A DNA stretch of 64,000 bases from Deltaproteobacteria bacterium. GTDB taxonomy: Bacteria > Myxococcota > Kuafuiibacteriia > Kuafuiibacteriales > Kuafuiibacteriaceae. The notes under the pieces were generated by a model. The model did not search any database. It was not told the DNA's origin and worked only from the letters and a program-made list of their open reading frames with translations. Below, in pieces: positions 28,534 to 38,433 of this stretch. Position 1 is the first letter of the stretch. Every line of letters begins with the position of its first letter. The stretch covers positions 384,001 to 448,000 of the forward strand of contig JAVJQW010000017.1 in the NCBI GenBank assembly GCA_040218735.1, given 5' to 3'. The position numbers and the translations under genes were made by a program.

Positions 28534-30219
28534 ATGGCGTTTCTCGGACGACTCCTGAACCGCGCGATCCTGAGCCACCTGGTCGTGGCCGTGCCGCCGG
28601 CCGTGGCGCTGGGGTGGATGGTCATCGACATCAACGAGGACGCCATCGAGCTCGAGACCCAGCTCTTGAACCTCTCGCTCGCCACGCAGCTCCGCGACCG
28701 CATCTCGGCGCGGGTCGAGAGGTCCGCGGGCGCCCTCACCCACGCGGAGTCCGTGCTCGACCTCGAAGCGATCTCGATCGAAGCGCGGCAAGACATCTTG
28801 CGCGGCCTCGTCGCGGAAGGCGCGATCGACCACCTCACCATCCATGCTCCGAGCGGCGCGTTCGACACGTCGATCCAGATTCGCGAGGCCACGATCGACG
28901 AGTCGCCGCTCGCGGTGCCCACGGAGCGCCGGCTGGAGAAGGAGCGGTTCGCCGTCGAGACGCTGACGAACGGAGACGCACGTGTCGTCGTCGCGTGGCG
29001 CCGTGACGACGAGCTCCTCGGATTCCTCGCGACCACGTTGAGCGCGAAGCGAATCTCCGACGACGCGGAGCAGCTCGCACGAAGTTACCTGCCCGGAGGC
29101 GGCGAGGTGGAGGTCGTCGACTCGGAGCGCAACTACGTCGCTTCGTCGCGCCGCGAACGCGTCGGCAAACTCGCGGGGAGCGACTCTGCCTTTCAGGCCG
29201 TGCGCCTCGAGGGCGGCAGCCTGACGCAGATCGAGGCCGGCCTCTCCACGCGGTTCACGGAGAGCGGCGACACGTGGCTCGCGTCGATCATGTCGGCGCC
29301 GAAGCTCGGGTGGGTCGTCGGTGTGTCACGACCGGAGAAGGTCGCGTTCATTTCCATCGAACGCGTCAAAACGCGCACGATACTCATGGCGCTGATCGCC
29401 GCGCTCACCGCGGGCGTGGTGGGTTTGTTGATGGCGCGGCAGGTGACCGAACCCATCAGCCGCCTCGTCACGCAGGTCAAACGCGCCGCGCGACGCGGGT
29501 TCTCGGAGGACGCCAAGGTGCACGCGAAGGGTGAGCTCGGTCAGCTCGCGTCGGCGTTCAACGGTGCGCTCGACGAGCTTCAGGACCACCGCAAACAGCT
29601 CCGCCAGACCACGCAGATGCGCCTACGGCTGGGGCGGTTCGTCTCGAAGGGTGCGATGCACGGCCTCCTCGCGTCGTCCGAAACGCTGGAGACCGAGGGC
29701 CCCCCGCGACCGATCACGCTGTTGTACGCCGACGTCGTCCACGAACGACACGCGGACGGGAGCGGCGACGAAGGCAACGAACACCTCGTCACTCTGCTCG
29801 GTGAGTTCTTCTCCGCCGCGCACGAAGTACTCACCTCCAAGGGCGGGCGCATCGACCGCTACTCCGGGGACGCGGTCATCGGCATCTTCAACGACGAAGG
29901 CGCCGCCGCCCACGCGATCGAGGCGGCCCTCGCGTTGATCTCGGACGCCAACGCGATCGCCGATCGGTGGTCGGCGCTCGCGCACGTCGATCTGTCGGCG
30001 TCGGTGGGCGTGGTGTCGGGTGTCGCCGTGGTCGCGCGCGCCGAGGCGACCGGCAACGAGATCACGGTGTCGGGGGAGATCGTGGATCGCGCCGCCGCGT
30101 TCCAGCACGCAGCCCCTCCCGGCACGGTGTGGATCGACACGTCGACGAAGGACGCCGCGAACGCTTCACCGACCGGTGAGGCGCAGGTCGACGACGAAGC
30201 CGCGTTCGTCCTCGGCTGA
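28534..30219 (+). CDS. Cache-HAMP-class III adenylate/guanylate cyclase-like protein (degenerate catalytic half)
   Basis: Two TMs, extracytoplasmic sensor, HAMP (PISRL..ELGQLASAFN), LLYADV, DRYSGDAV, but GEIVDRAAAFQ in place of GDxVNxAARL. Confidence 0.8.
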   Translation: MAFLGRLLNRAILSHLVVAVPPAVALGWMVIDINEDAIELETQLLNLSLATQLRDRISARVERSAGALTHAESVLDLEAISIEARQDILRGLVAEGAIDHLTIHAPSGAFDTSIQIREATIDESPLAVPTERRLEKERFAVETLTNGDARVVVAWRRDDELLGFLATTLSAKRISDDAEQLARSYLPGGGEVEVVDSERNYVASSRRERVGKLAGSDSAFQAVRLEGGSLTQIEAGLSTRFTESGDTWLASIMSAPKLGWVVGVSRPEKVAFISIERVKTRTILMALIAALTAGVVGLLMARQVTEPISRLVTQVKRAARRGFSEDAKVHAKGELGQLASAFNGALDELQDHRKQLRQTTQMRLRLGRFVSKGAMHGLLASSETLETEGPPRPITLLYADVVHERHADGSGDEGNEHLVTLLGEFFSAAHEVLTSKGGRIDRYSGDAVIGIFNDEGAAAHAIEAALALISDANAIADRWSALAHVDLSASVGVVSGVAVVARAEATGNEITVSGEIVDRAAAFQHAAPPGTVWIDTSTKDAANASPTGEAQVDDEAAFVLG

Positions 30220-30648
30220 TCAGGTCAACGCGAGGACGGCGACCACCGCCGCGACGACGACGGCGGCGCCCACCAGCATCCACGGGAACGGCTTCGCCTC
30301 GTCGGAAGCGTCGGGGCGCTCGATGACTTCTGACGACAGCGACGCCGCGGGGATCTCGCGCTCCGTCGGCACGTTGCTCACGCGATCCGTGAAACCGGGC
30401 AGCGGCTCCATCCGCTCCGTCGGCGCGGTCTCCTCGTCGACGCTCTCGTCGATGTTCAACTCGATGGTCCGCGCGGACGGCGCGAGGTAGTCCGGCAGCT
30501 CCATATTCGGCTTTTGGCTGTCCTCGACGGTCGGCGTGGACTCGACGGCCTCGGCGACCTCCAGCTTGCTGGGGAGGCGAATCTTCTGCGGATCCTCGTC
30601 GGTGTCGTCTTCGTTCGGGTCCGTCGGATTGCTGTCGTCGCGGCTCAT
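30220..30648 (-). CDS. Acidic low-complexity protein with C-terminal TM anchor
   Basis: Fills the gap; ends FPWMLVGAAVVVAAVVAVLALT. Confidence 0.65.
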   Translation of the reverse strand: MSRDDSNPTDPNEDDTDEDPQKIRLPSKLEVAEAVESTPTVEDSQKPNMELPDYLAPSARTIELNIDESVDEETAPTERMEPLPGFTDRVSNVPTEREIPAASLSSEVIERPDASDEAKPFPWMLVGAAVVVAAVVAVLALT

Positions 30649-30721
30649 CGCACCGCTTTGGAGCATTAGCCCGAGGGTCAGGATGTGTCGAGGACCCCGG
30701 GTTCGGTGTTAGGAAGGGGGG

Positions 30722-32488
30722 GTGCGACGCGCCGCGATCATCGCGCTGCTCTCGGCATATCCCAGCCTGGCCGGCGCGCAGGTCGTGGAGCCGCGCGGCT
30801 TCTCGGCGGAGCGGTTTGCGCTGTCGTTCGACCGCTCGGGCCTGCTGAACGTCGAGTGGGCGGACATCCCGAGCGCGCCGATGGCGTTCGACGTGTCGCT
30901 GTGGTTCGGCGTCGCCGACGATCCGCTGACGTTCCAACGACGCGCACCGGACGGCACCACCCGCGTCGGTAGCCTCGTCGGCACGCGCGTCGGCGGCGGC
31001 TTGGCGCTCGCGCTCGCGTTCGACGACCGCGTGCAGCTCGGGCTCGAAGTCCCGCTCGTGTTCTACCAATCGCGACAGCGCGACGTCGCCGGGCTCGCCG
31101 GGCCCCTCGAGGACCTCACCGCCGGCGGCGTGGGCACGCCCCGCCTCGCGGCCAAGCTGCACCTCGTCCACCAACGCGACCTCGGCGTGCACGTCACCTT
31201 GATGCCGGCGTTCACGATCCCCGCGGGTCAGCGCGGCGCGTACCTCGGACAGGACGGTCTGGTGTTCGAGCCGGCGCTGCTCGTCGCGCGAACCCAAGGG
31301 CGCGCGCGCGTCGGGCTCAACGCGGGGGTGCGCGTTCGCCAGGAGGTGACGTACCTGGATCTCGAAGTCGATGACGAGATCTTCGCCGGCCTCGGCGCGG
31401 GGTATCGGCTGGAAGGAGCGCCGGTCGAGCTCGACGCCACGCTCGCGTTCGCCGTGTCCGCCGAAGCCCCCTTCGAGCGCTCCAACCAGGGGTACCTGGA
31501 GCTGATGGGCGGCGCGTCGCTCGAGCTCGGCGGACCGGTCCTCGCGTTCGCGGGCGCGGGGATCGGATTGAACGATGGGTTCGGCTCCCCGGACTGGCGC
31601 GTGCTGGGTGGTCTGCGCCTCACGGGCGGCGACACGGATCGGGACGGCGACGGACGCCCCGACGACGACGACCTCTGCCCCGACGAACCCGAGGATCTCG
31701 ACGGCGTCGACGACCTCGACGGCTGCCCCGACGGCGACGAAGCCCCCGCCGCCGATCCCGACGCGGACGACGACGGTGTGTTCGACTGGGACGACGCGTG
31801 TCCGAAGACCCCGGGTCCACGCGCGGCCGGCGGCTGCCCCGAACAGGATCAAGACGGCGACGGCATCGCGGACCACGCCGACCTCTGCCCGACGGACGCG
31901 GAGGACGCCGACCAGTTCGAGGACGACGACGGCTGCCCCGACCCCGACGACGACGGCGACGGAACCCTCGACGCGCAGGACCGGTGCCCGCGGTCGTCGG
32001 GGCCGAGCACGAACGAGGGCTGCCCCGAGCCAAAGAAGCCCATCGCCACGGCGCCTGCGACGCCGGAGGCTGCGACGCCGGAGCCTGCAACGCCGGAGGC
32101 TGCGAAGCCGGAGGCCCCGAAGGTCCGCGTCGGCACGGACAAGCTGGAGATCAACGGCACCGTCTACTTCGACACCGGGAGCGCACGCATCCAGCCGCGC
32201 TCGTTCCCGCTGCTCGACGAGGTCGCGCAGGTGATCGTCGCGCACCCCGAGCTGCGGCGCATCAGCGTCGAAGGCCACACCGACAGCCAGGGCGCGGACA
32301 CCACCAACCTGACGCTCTCCGACCGGCGCGCGGCCTCGGTGAAGGCGTACCTCGTCGAACGCGGGGTGGACGCGGCGCGGTTGTCCTCCGTCGGTTACGG
32401 CGAGACACGACCGGTGGCGGACAACGCGACCCGCGAGGGCCGCGCCGCCAACCGTCGCGTGGAGTTCGTCATCGATCCAAACCCGTAA
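30722..32488 (+). CDS. Beta-barrel + thrombospondin type 3 repeats + OmpA outer-membrane protein (TraB-like architecture)
   Basis: Signal peptide; DxDxDG..D.CP repeats; OmpA motifs VEGHTD, LSDRRA, GYGE, NRRVEF. Confidence 0.9.
   Translation: MRRAAIIALLSAYPSLAGAQVVEPRGFSAERFALSFDRSGLLNVEWADIPSAPMAFDVSLWFGVADDPLTFQRRAPDGTTRVGSLVGTRVGGGLALALAFDDRVQLGLEVPLVFYQSRQRDVAGLAGPLEDLTAGGVGTPRLAAKLHLVHQRDLGVHVTLMPAFTIPAGQRGAYLGQDGLVFEPALLVARTQGRARVGLNAGVRVRQEVTYLDLEVDDEIFAGLGAGYRLEGAPVELDATLAFAVSAEAPFERSNQGYLELMGGASLELGGPVLAFAGAGIGLNDGFGSPDWRVLGGLRLTGGDTDRDGDGRPDDDDLCPDEPEDLDGVDDLDGCPDGDEAPAADPDADDDGVFDWDDACPKTPGPRAAGGCPEQDQDGDGIADHADLCPTDAEDADQFEDDDGCPDPDDDGDGTLDAQDRCPRSSGPSTNEGCPEPKKPIATAPATPEAATPEPATPEAAKPEAPKVRVGTDKLEINGTVYFDTGSARIQPRSFPLLDEVAQVIVAHPELRRISVEGHTDSQGADTTNLTLSDRRAASVKAYLVERGVDAARLSSVGYGETRPVADNATREGRAANRRVEFVIDPNP
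32054..32113 (+). repeat. 4 x 15-bp coding tandem repeat (PATPE/AATPE linker)
   Basis: CCTGCGACGCCGGAG GCTGCGACGCCGGAG CCTGCAACGCCGGAG GCTGCGAAGCCGGAG. Confidence 0.85.
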
Positions 32489-33902
32489 CGAGGTCGGCGC
32501 CGATCGCGCGCCGCAACAGCTCACGCGCGATCTCCACGTCGAGGCGCGCGTTGATCGCGGAGACCTGCGCCGCCGTGTACTTGAGCTCCGCGTCACGCAG
32601 CGTGATCAGCGTGGCCTTGCCATCCTTGTAGCGACCCCGCACCGACTCCACCGCGACCGTCGCGGGCCGCAACGAATCCAGCGCGAGCGCGTAGATCTGA
32701 AGCTGCAGCTCGAGGTTCTCGACGCGATCCTCGACCTCGCTCATCACCTGGCGCTCCACCTCCGCGTAGTCCGCACGCGCCTTGACGACGTTGAGCTCCG
32801 CCTCTTGGATGAGCTGCTCGTCGATGCCACCGCGGTAGAGGTTCCAGCGAACCGTGACGTCGAACCCCGCGTAGAAGTTTCTATTGAGTGGATCGGTGAA
32901 TACACGATCGGCGCGCCGGCTGAACTTGCGGTAGCTGCCGCCGACCGTCAGCTCCGGGAACAGCTCCGCGCGACGGGTATCGACGAACTTCATCAGCTGG
33001 TCGACGTTCGCGCGCTGGATCTCGAGCGCAGCGCGGTGCCGCCGCGCGGCCTCCAACGCGTCGTCCAACGTCGGCACCGCGAGCTTGGGCGCGGAGGCCG
33101 ACGAGGTCGACACGTGGGCCGGCAGAACGATCGCAACATCGGTACGCGCGGGCCGCGCGAGCGCGAGGTTCAGAGCCCGGCGACTGCGGGACGCCGAGAA
33201 CCGCGCGCGCGCAAACGCGAGCCGGTCCTCCGCGAGGTTACGTTCCGCGGACGCGACGTCGAACGCACGCGCCTCGCCCTTCTCCATCAGCGCCCGCGCG
33301 CTATCGAGCTGCTTCTCACCGAGACGCATCCGGAGCTCGAAGCGCTCCTGGCTCTGTAGCGCGCGCTCGAGCCCGTAGAACGCCTGCACCACGCGCAGCC
33401 GAACGTTGTTGAGCACCTCCTGCAGCGTCGCGCGACGGAGGCGCTGCAGATCCTCGAAGCGCCCGATCTCCGTCCACCACCGCCCGCCGTCGTAGATCGT
33501 CTGCCGCACCGTGATCCCCGCGCTGAAGTTCGCGAGGAACAGGTCGTTGAGGATGAACTGATCCCGCACCTCGTCGACCGCCGCGTTCTGGTCGAAGCCC
33601 TCCCGCGGCGGGAAGTACGGGACGTCGTCACACGCCTCGGCCCGCAGCGAGCTCTCGCAGTTCAGGTAGAGGGGCGCCTCGACGACGATCGAGTCCTGGT
33701 GCGTGCCCGCCCCGCGCAGCGAGAGATCCACGCGCGGGAGCACCGCACCGATCGCCCTCAGGCGCTGCGCGTCGACGATCAGGACGTCGTTCTGCGCGCG
33801 CACCGCGTCGCGCGCTTGGACCTGCGCGATCTCGATCGCTTCGTCGAGCGTCAGCGGACCGGACGCCGCCACCAACGCCATCGCGAGCGCCCCGAAGCTC
33901 AC
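32469..33902 (-). CDS. TolC-family outer-membrane efflux protein
   Basis: LTLDEAIEIA, LPRVDL, QTIYDGG, two OEP-like halves, RYKDGKAT..LRDAE. Confidence 0.85.
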   Translation of the reverse strand: MSFGALAMALVAASGPLTLDEAIEIAQVQARDAVRAQNDVLIVDAQRLRAIGAVLPRVDLSLRGAGTHQDSIVVEAPLYLNCESSLRAEACDDVPYFPPREGFDQNAAVDEVRDQFILNDLFLANFSAGITVRQTIYDGGRWWTEIGRFEDLQRLRRATLQEVLNNVRLRVVQAFYGLERALQSQERFELRMRLGEKQLDSARALMEKGEARAFDVASAERNLAEDRLAFARARFSASRSRRALNLALARPARTDVAIVLPAHVSTSSASAPKLAVPTLDDALEAARRHRAALEIQRANVDQLMKFVDTRRAELFPELTVGGSYRKFSRRADRVFTDPLNRNFYAGFDVTVRWNLYRGGIDEQLIQEAELNVVKARADYAEVERQVMSEVEDRVENLELQLQIYALALDSLRPATVAVESVRGRYKDGKATLITLRDAELKYTAAQVSAINARLDVEIARELLRRAIGADLVTGLDR

Positions 33903-33956
33903 GCGGCCCCTTCTACCACCCTCGCCCCGGGGCGCGCGTCATTGCATGATCGCGGG

Positions 33957-34694
33957 GTGCGTGAACCCGGACGGACGGAGCGGGCGCTCGACGACCTGTG
34001 GCGCCCGTACCAAAGCGGCTGGCGCAGGCTGCTGTCCAAACACATGTTCGAGGAGCTCGCGCTCCGCGCGGACTTCGACACGGAGCTCCTCGTAGAGTCC
34101 AAGGTCGCGAACCACGTCGCCGCCGGGCTCGTCCCCGACTGCCCGCGCTGCGAGAACACGTGCTGCGCCGGGTATGAGAACGTCGTATCGCTGCGCCTCA
34201 AGGACGTCGCCGTACTCATGGACGTCGAGCGCACCGATCTCATCAACAAGAACAAACCTCGGTTTCCTCCACAAACCCTCGCGGAGCGCCCGGGCCTCGC
34301 CGACCTGACGAAGTCCGTCCTGTGGCGCACCCTCCCCGTGCTCGAACAGGTCGGCCCCCTGAGGCGGTGCGCCGCCCTCGACGACGACCTGCGGTGTTCG
34401 ATCCACCCCGCGTGGCCGACGTCGTGCGAGCGCTTCCCATACAGCCTGTCGGCTGTACGTCGCGAGGTCGTGTGGGGCACGCGCTGCCAGTCACGCATCC
34501 TCCGCCCCGAACACCGCGCACGGAGCCGACAGCTCTTCGCGTCGGCGGTCGCCGCCTACAACGAACGCATCCGCGACGCCGTCCTCCTGCACTACCAACG
34601 CCCTGCCCTCGACGCGCTCGGGATCGGCGCGTTCCTCTCCGACCCCGACGGCGACCCGTTCGAGCCGCCGCCGAAGCTACCGGTCGTCTCCTGA
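33957..34694 (+). CDS. YkgJ-family Cys-cluster (CxxCxxxCC) protein
   Basis: CPRCENTCC, CAAL...CSIHPAWPTSCERFPY; start approximate. Confidence 0.75.
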   Translation: MREPGRTERALDDLWRPYQSGWRRLLSKHMFEELALRADFDTELLVESKVANHVAAGLVPDCPRCENTCCAGYENVVSLRLKDVAVLMDVERTDLINKNKPRFPPQTLAERPGLADLTKSVLWRTLPVLEQVGPLRRCAALDDDLRCSIHPAWPTSCERFPYSLSAVRREVVWGTRCQSRILRPEHRARSRQLFASAVAAYNERIRDAVLLHYQRPALDALGIGAFLSDPDGDPFEPPPKLPVVS

Positions 34695-34695
34695 G

Positions 34696-36201
34696 TCACC
34701 AGTCCGGACGCTCGGTGCTGTCCGGGTCCACGCGCTTCTTCTTCGTCGGCGGCGGAGGCGGACGTTTCTTCGTCCGGGCGGACCTCACCTTCTCCTCGGT
34801 CATGACCACCGTGACCGTCGCGTTCGCGGTGAGCGCGACCGACTGCACGGCGTCCTCGTAACCCTCCGCCTGGAACTTGAGCGTGACGGGCTCCTCGGAT
34901 CGCGGGACGGCGGTCGGGCCCGGCGCCGTCCCGATCAGCTCGTCGTCCAGGAACACGCGCGCGCCCGCCGGGGCCCCGTCGAACCACAGCATCACCGACT
35001 TCGGGGCCTCGGGCTCCGTGTCGATCGGCGGGGTCTCCAGGACCGGCGGCGGCGCCGGTGGCGGCAGCTCCGCCGTCGCACGCGGCTTGGAGTCGAGGAC
35101 GAACGGTAACGTCACGACGACCAGCATCGCGAGACCGACGACGATCGCGATCAACCGCGCACGCCCCGGCGCCGTGGGTGCGATGGCCTCGGCGGAGACG
35201 GCCGAAGGGATCGTCTCGGCGAACGCCGGCTGCATCGACGGCGGCGTCACCGAGCCGCTCGACAGCGCGACCGGCCCGCTCACCTCACCCGACTGATGCG
35301 TGGGGACATCGTACCCGGCCTCGCGCGCGGCCTCCTCGAACTGCGCCATCGCGGCGGCGAGCGACGGCGGGCGCTCGTCCGGCGCCTTCGCGAGCATCGC
35401 GAGGACGGGCGCGTCGAGCGCGACGTCGAGGTCCGGCGCGACCTCGGAGGGCTTCGGCGCCGGCGCGGTCATGTGTTTCATCAACAGCTCGACGACGCTC
35501 GCCCCCTTGAACGGAAGGTGGCCCGTCATCAGCTGGAAGAGCATCACGCCGAACGAGTACACGTCCGTGCGGTGGTCGACGTTCGGCCCCTGGCACTGCT
35601 CGGGCGACATGTAATCCGGCGTCCCGACCGCCGCGCCGGTCGCCGTGGAGTGCTGCTTCGGGAGGTCGTCGGTGAGGAGCTTCGCGATGCCGAAGTCGAG
35701 GAGCTTGGGGAACGCGCGCCCCTCTTCGTCGTGCCCGAGGAAGACGTTGGCCGGCTTGAGATCGCGGTGTGCGATCCCCGACGCGTGCGCAGCGTCGAGC
35801 GCGCGCCCGAGCCCCCGCATGATCGGGATGAGGTCCGTGATTCCGACGCGCCCCCCCTGCCGGCGCACGTAGACGTCGAGGGTCTCACCCTCGAGTAGCT
35901 CCATCACGTGGTAGTGGCGGCCGTCCTCGATCTGTCCGAACGAGAAGATGTCGATGATGTTCTTGTGGCGGATCTGATTCACCGCCCGCGCCTCGGCGAT
36001 GAATCGCGATACGACGCTCGGGTCCGCCGAGTACTTACGCGACAGGACCTTCACCGCGACCTGTTTCCCGATCAGCGGTTGGATGGCGCCGTAGACCGCG
36101 CCGAACGTCCCGGCCCCGAGCTTTCGCTCGATGACGTACTCCCCGACTTTCGTCCCGACACTTAGGTCGGGGTCGGTGGTGGTGAGCTCGTCCGTGCTCA
36201 T
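34696..36201 (-). CDS. Ser/Thr protein kinase with TM and PEGA-like domain
   Basis: LGAGTFG, VAVK, HRDLKPAN, DFG, GTPDYMSPE; PAGARVFLD..IGTAP..GY is PEGA-like; ATG 36201. Confidence 0.95.
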   Translation of the reverse strand: MSTDELTTTDPDLSVGTKVGEYVIERKLGAGTFGAVYGAIQPLIGKQVAVKVLSRKYSADPSVVSRFIAEARAVNQIRHKNIIDIFSFGQIEDGRHYHVMELLEGETLDVYVRRQGGRVGITDLIPIMRGLGRALDAAHASGIAHRDLKPANVFLGHDEEGRAFPKLLDFGIAKLLTDDLPKQHSTATGAAVGTPDYMSPEQCQGPNVDHRTDVYSFGVMLFQLMTGHLPFKGASVVELLMKHMTAPAPKPSEVAPDLDVALDAPVLAMLAKAPDERPPSLAAAMAQFEEAAREAGYDVPTHQSGEVSGPVALSSGSVTPPSMQPAFAETIPSAVSAEAIAPTAPGRARLIAIVVGLAMLVVVTLPFVLDSKPRATAELPPPAPPPVLETPPIDTEPEAPKSVMLWFDGAPAGARVFLDDELIGTAPGPTAVPRSEEPVTLKFQAEGYEDAVQSVALTANATVTVVMTEEKVRSARTKKRPPPPPTKKKRVDPDSTERPDW

Positions 36202-36267
36202 GGGTGGCTCGTTCTGCTTTAGCACGCCTTGACGTGATCCGTACCGCCCAGCACGCTGGTCTGTGCC

Positions 36268-37581
36268 ATGCGTCGGGGGATAGTGAGCGCGATCGCAGTC
36301 GGCCTCCTCGGCGGCTGCGTGGCGGAGACCGTCCCCCTCGGCGCCCTCGATCGCGTCGAGATCGAACCCACCCGCATCGACTTCGACGCGCCGGGCGTCC
36401 CGTGCGGCGCGTATACCCAGCCGATCACGATCACCAACGCGACGCGCGCGACCCTGTCGATCGACCGGGTCTACGTGGAAGGCGGCGCCGCCTCCGAGTT
36501 CACGGTCGAGGCTGGGTTCGAACCCACCGAGGTCCCGCCGGGGGCGTCCATCTCCTTTTTGATCTCCTTCGACGCACCCGAGGACGGCATCTACGCCGAC
36601 CGCGTCTTCATCGAGGGTGAGCTGGCGATGATGAACTTCCGCCGCATCATCCCGGTGCGGGGGTTGATCAGCTCCGACAACCGGCACGAGGACGACTACG
36701 TCCAGTCGACGACCGGCGACGCCGACATCCTCTTCGTCATCGACAACTCCTGCTCGATGGCGCCCGAGCAGGCGGCGATCGGGCGTGGGTTCTCGTCGTT
36801 CATCCAGATCGCGAACAGCGGCCTGCTCGCCTACAACATCGCGATCACCACCACGGACGTCAGCACCGGCGACGGCTCAACCGAGGGGCGCTTCGTCCCG
36901 CTCGATCCCAGGCGGCGCAACGAACGCATCGTCTCCCGAATGACCCTCCCGACGCCGTTGGATCAGTTCGAGGAGAACGCGGAGGTCGGTGTGAAAGGCT
37001 CGGGCGAGGAGCGGGGAATCCACGCCGCGTACCTCGCGCTGCGACCCCGGCTCCTCGAGGACCACAACGCGAACTTCCTCCGCGACCACGCGCTGCTATC
37101 GCTGATCTTCATCTCGGACGAGGAGGACCAGTCGCCGGAGTCGCTGGAGTTCTACGCGGATCACTTCGCGTCGTTGAAGGGAGGCGATCGTTCGCGTGTG
37201 AAGATCGCCGGTGCGATCGGTGGCGTCGCCGGGTGCAACGGGCCGACGGGTCAGGCCTCACCCGCCACGCGATACGCGGAGCTGATCGACACCTTCGGCG
37301 GTGTCGTGGAGTCGATCTGCACCTCGAATTGGCCCGACACCCTCGGCAAGCTCTCGGCGGTGGCGTTCGGTCTGCGCGCGAGCTTCAGGCTTTCGGCGCG
37401 CGCCGACCCCGGGACCGTCGAGGTCACGGTGGACGGGGTTCCGGTGCCGCCGAGGAACGCGCTGCAGCGCACGAACTGGCGGTACGTGTCGCGCTCGAAC
37501 GCCGTCGAGTTCGAGCCGCGCGCGATCCCCGAGCCGGGGGCCGCGATTCACATCGCGTACGGGACGCTCTGCATCGACTGA
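36268..37581 (+). CDS. Lipoprotein with Ig-like domain and vWA domain (myxobacterial CglB-like family)
   Basis: LLGGC lipobox; DILFVIDNSCSM MIDAS motif; ISDEEDQS. Confidence 0.8.
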   Translation: MRRGIVSAIAVGLLGGCVAETVPLGALDRVEIEPTRIDFDAPGVPCGAYTQPITITNATRATLSIDRVYVEGGAASEFTVEAGFEPTEVPPGASISFLISFDAPEDGIYADRVFIEGELAMMNFRRIIPVRGLISSDNRHEDDYVQSTTGDADILFVIDNSCSMAPEQAAIGRGFSSFIQIANSGLLAYNIAITTTDVSTGDGSTEGRFVPLDPRRRNERIVSRMTLPTPLDQFEENAEVGVKGSGEERGIHAAYLALRPRLLEDHNANFLRDHALLSLIFISDEEDQSPESLEFYADHFASLKGGDRSRVKIAGAIGGVAGCNGPTGQASPATRYAELIDTFGGVVESICTSNWPDTLGKLSAVAFGLRASFRLSARADPGTVEVTVDGVPVPPRNALQRTNWRYVSRSNAVEFEPRAIPEPGAAIHIAYGTLCID

Positions 37582-38075
37582 GGGCGCGGGTAGCGCACGG
37601 TGGCGATCGCGACGTTCCCCGCCGCGTTCGTCTCGAACGAGCTCGCGAGGCCGCGGACGAGCTCGAGTCCTCGACCGAACGCGTCCTCGGACGAGGTCGG
37701 AGCGAGCTTCGCGGCGTCGTAGCCGGGGCCGGAGTCCGCGACCGCGACCGTGATCTCCCACTCCGCGTCGAACGCGCGGAGCTCGACGGTGACCTTCACC
37801 CGTCCCTTGCGTCGAGTGATCGCGGCGCTTCGAATCCCGGTGAAGGTCTCGAACTGCGCGGCGCTCCGAAGCTCGGAGTCGAGTCCGAGGACGCCGTGGT
37901 CGAGCGCGTTGATGAACAGCTCGGACACGATCGTCGCGATGACGAAGTGTTCGTCGCGGACGTCGGGCCAGCGCCCGACGATCCCCGCGAACAACGGCGC
38001 GGGCTGCGCGTGCTCGAACTCGTGCTCACGAAACGTCAGCGCGACGCGACGTGACGGCTCGACGGGGGCCTCCAT
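37548..38075 (-). CDS. RsbW-like anti-sigma factor / HATPase_c protein
   Basis: SELFINALDHG N-box, VADSGPG, GRGLELV. Confidence 0.8.
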   Translation of the reverse strand: MEAPVEPSRRVALTFREHEFEHAQPAPLFAGIVGRWPDVRDEHFVIATIVSELFINALDHGVLGLDSELRSAAQFETFTGIRSAAITRRKGRVKVTVELRAFDAEWEITVAVADSGPGYDAAKLAPTSSEDAFGRGLELVRGLASSFETNAAGNVAIATVRYPRPQSMQSVPYAM

Positions 38076-38079
38076 TCGC

Positions 38080-38370
38080 TCAATCGAAGTCGAAGATCGC
38101 CTCGAAGCCGGCGATGTCGAACACCCGCTTCGCGTAGCCGGTGCAGTTCGAGATCTGCACGCGCTCCACGTGGTCGCGCAGGACCAGCAGCATCCCGAGC
38201 GCCGAGCTGTCGACGTACGAGGTCGTCTCGAGGTCGACGACGCAGCGCTCCACGCCTTCGAGCTTCTTGAGCGCGAGGCGGAAGTCTCCGCTGACGCTGT
38301 AGTCGAACGCACCGTGAATGGTGATGCGCGCGGGCGAGTCTTCTTGGGCAGCAACGACTTGAATCGGCAT
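38080..38370 (-). CDS. STAS anti-anti-sigma factor
   Basis: VVDL..TSYVDSSALGMLL with the phosphorylatable Ser; adjacent to the RsbW-like gene. Confidence 0.9.
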   Translation of the reverse strand: MPIQVVAAQEDSPARITIHGAFDYSVSGDFRLALKKLEGVERCVVDLETTSYVDSSALGMLLVLRDHVERVQISNCTGYAKRVFDIAGFEAIFDFD

Positions 38371-38433
38371 GTTGGAATGGGCTCCAGCAGACACGATCGG
38401 CGGACGGGCCCGATGTTTGAGCGGGGAGAGTAT

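Noticed and set aside
31630-32030. Repeated GACGACGAC/GACGGC DNA motifs as a non-coding repeat
   Set aside because: Explained by Asp-rich thrombospondin type 3 repeats.
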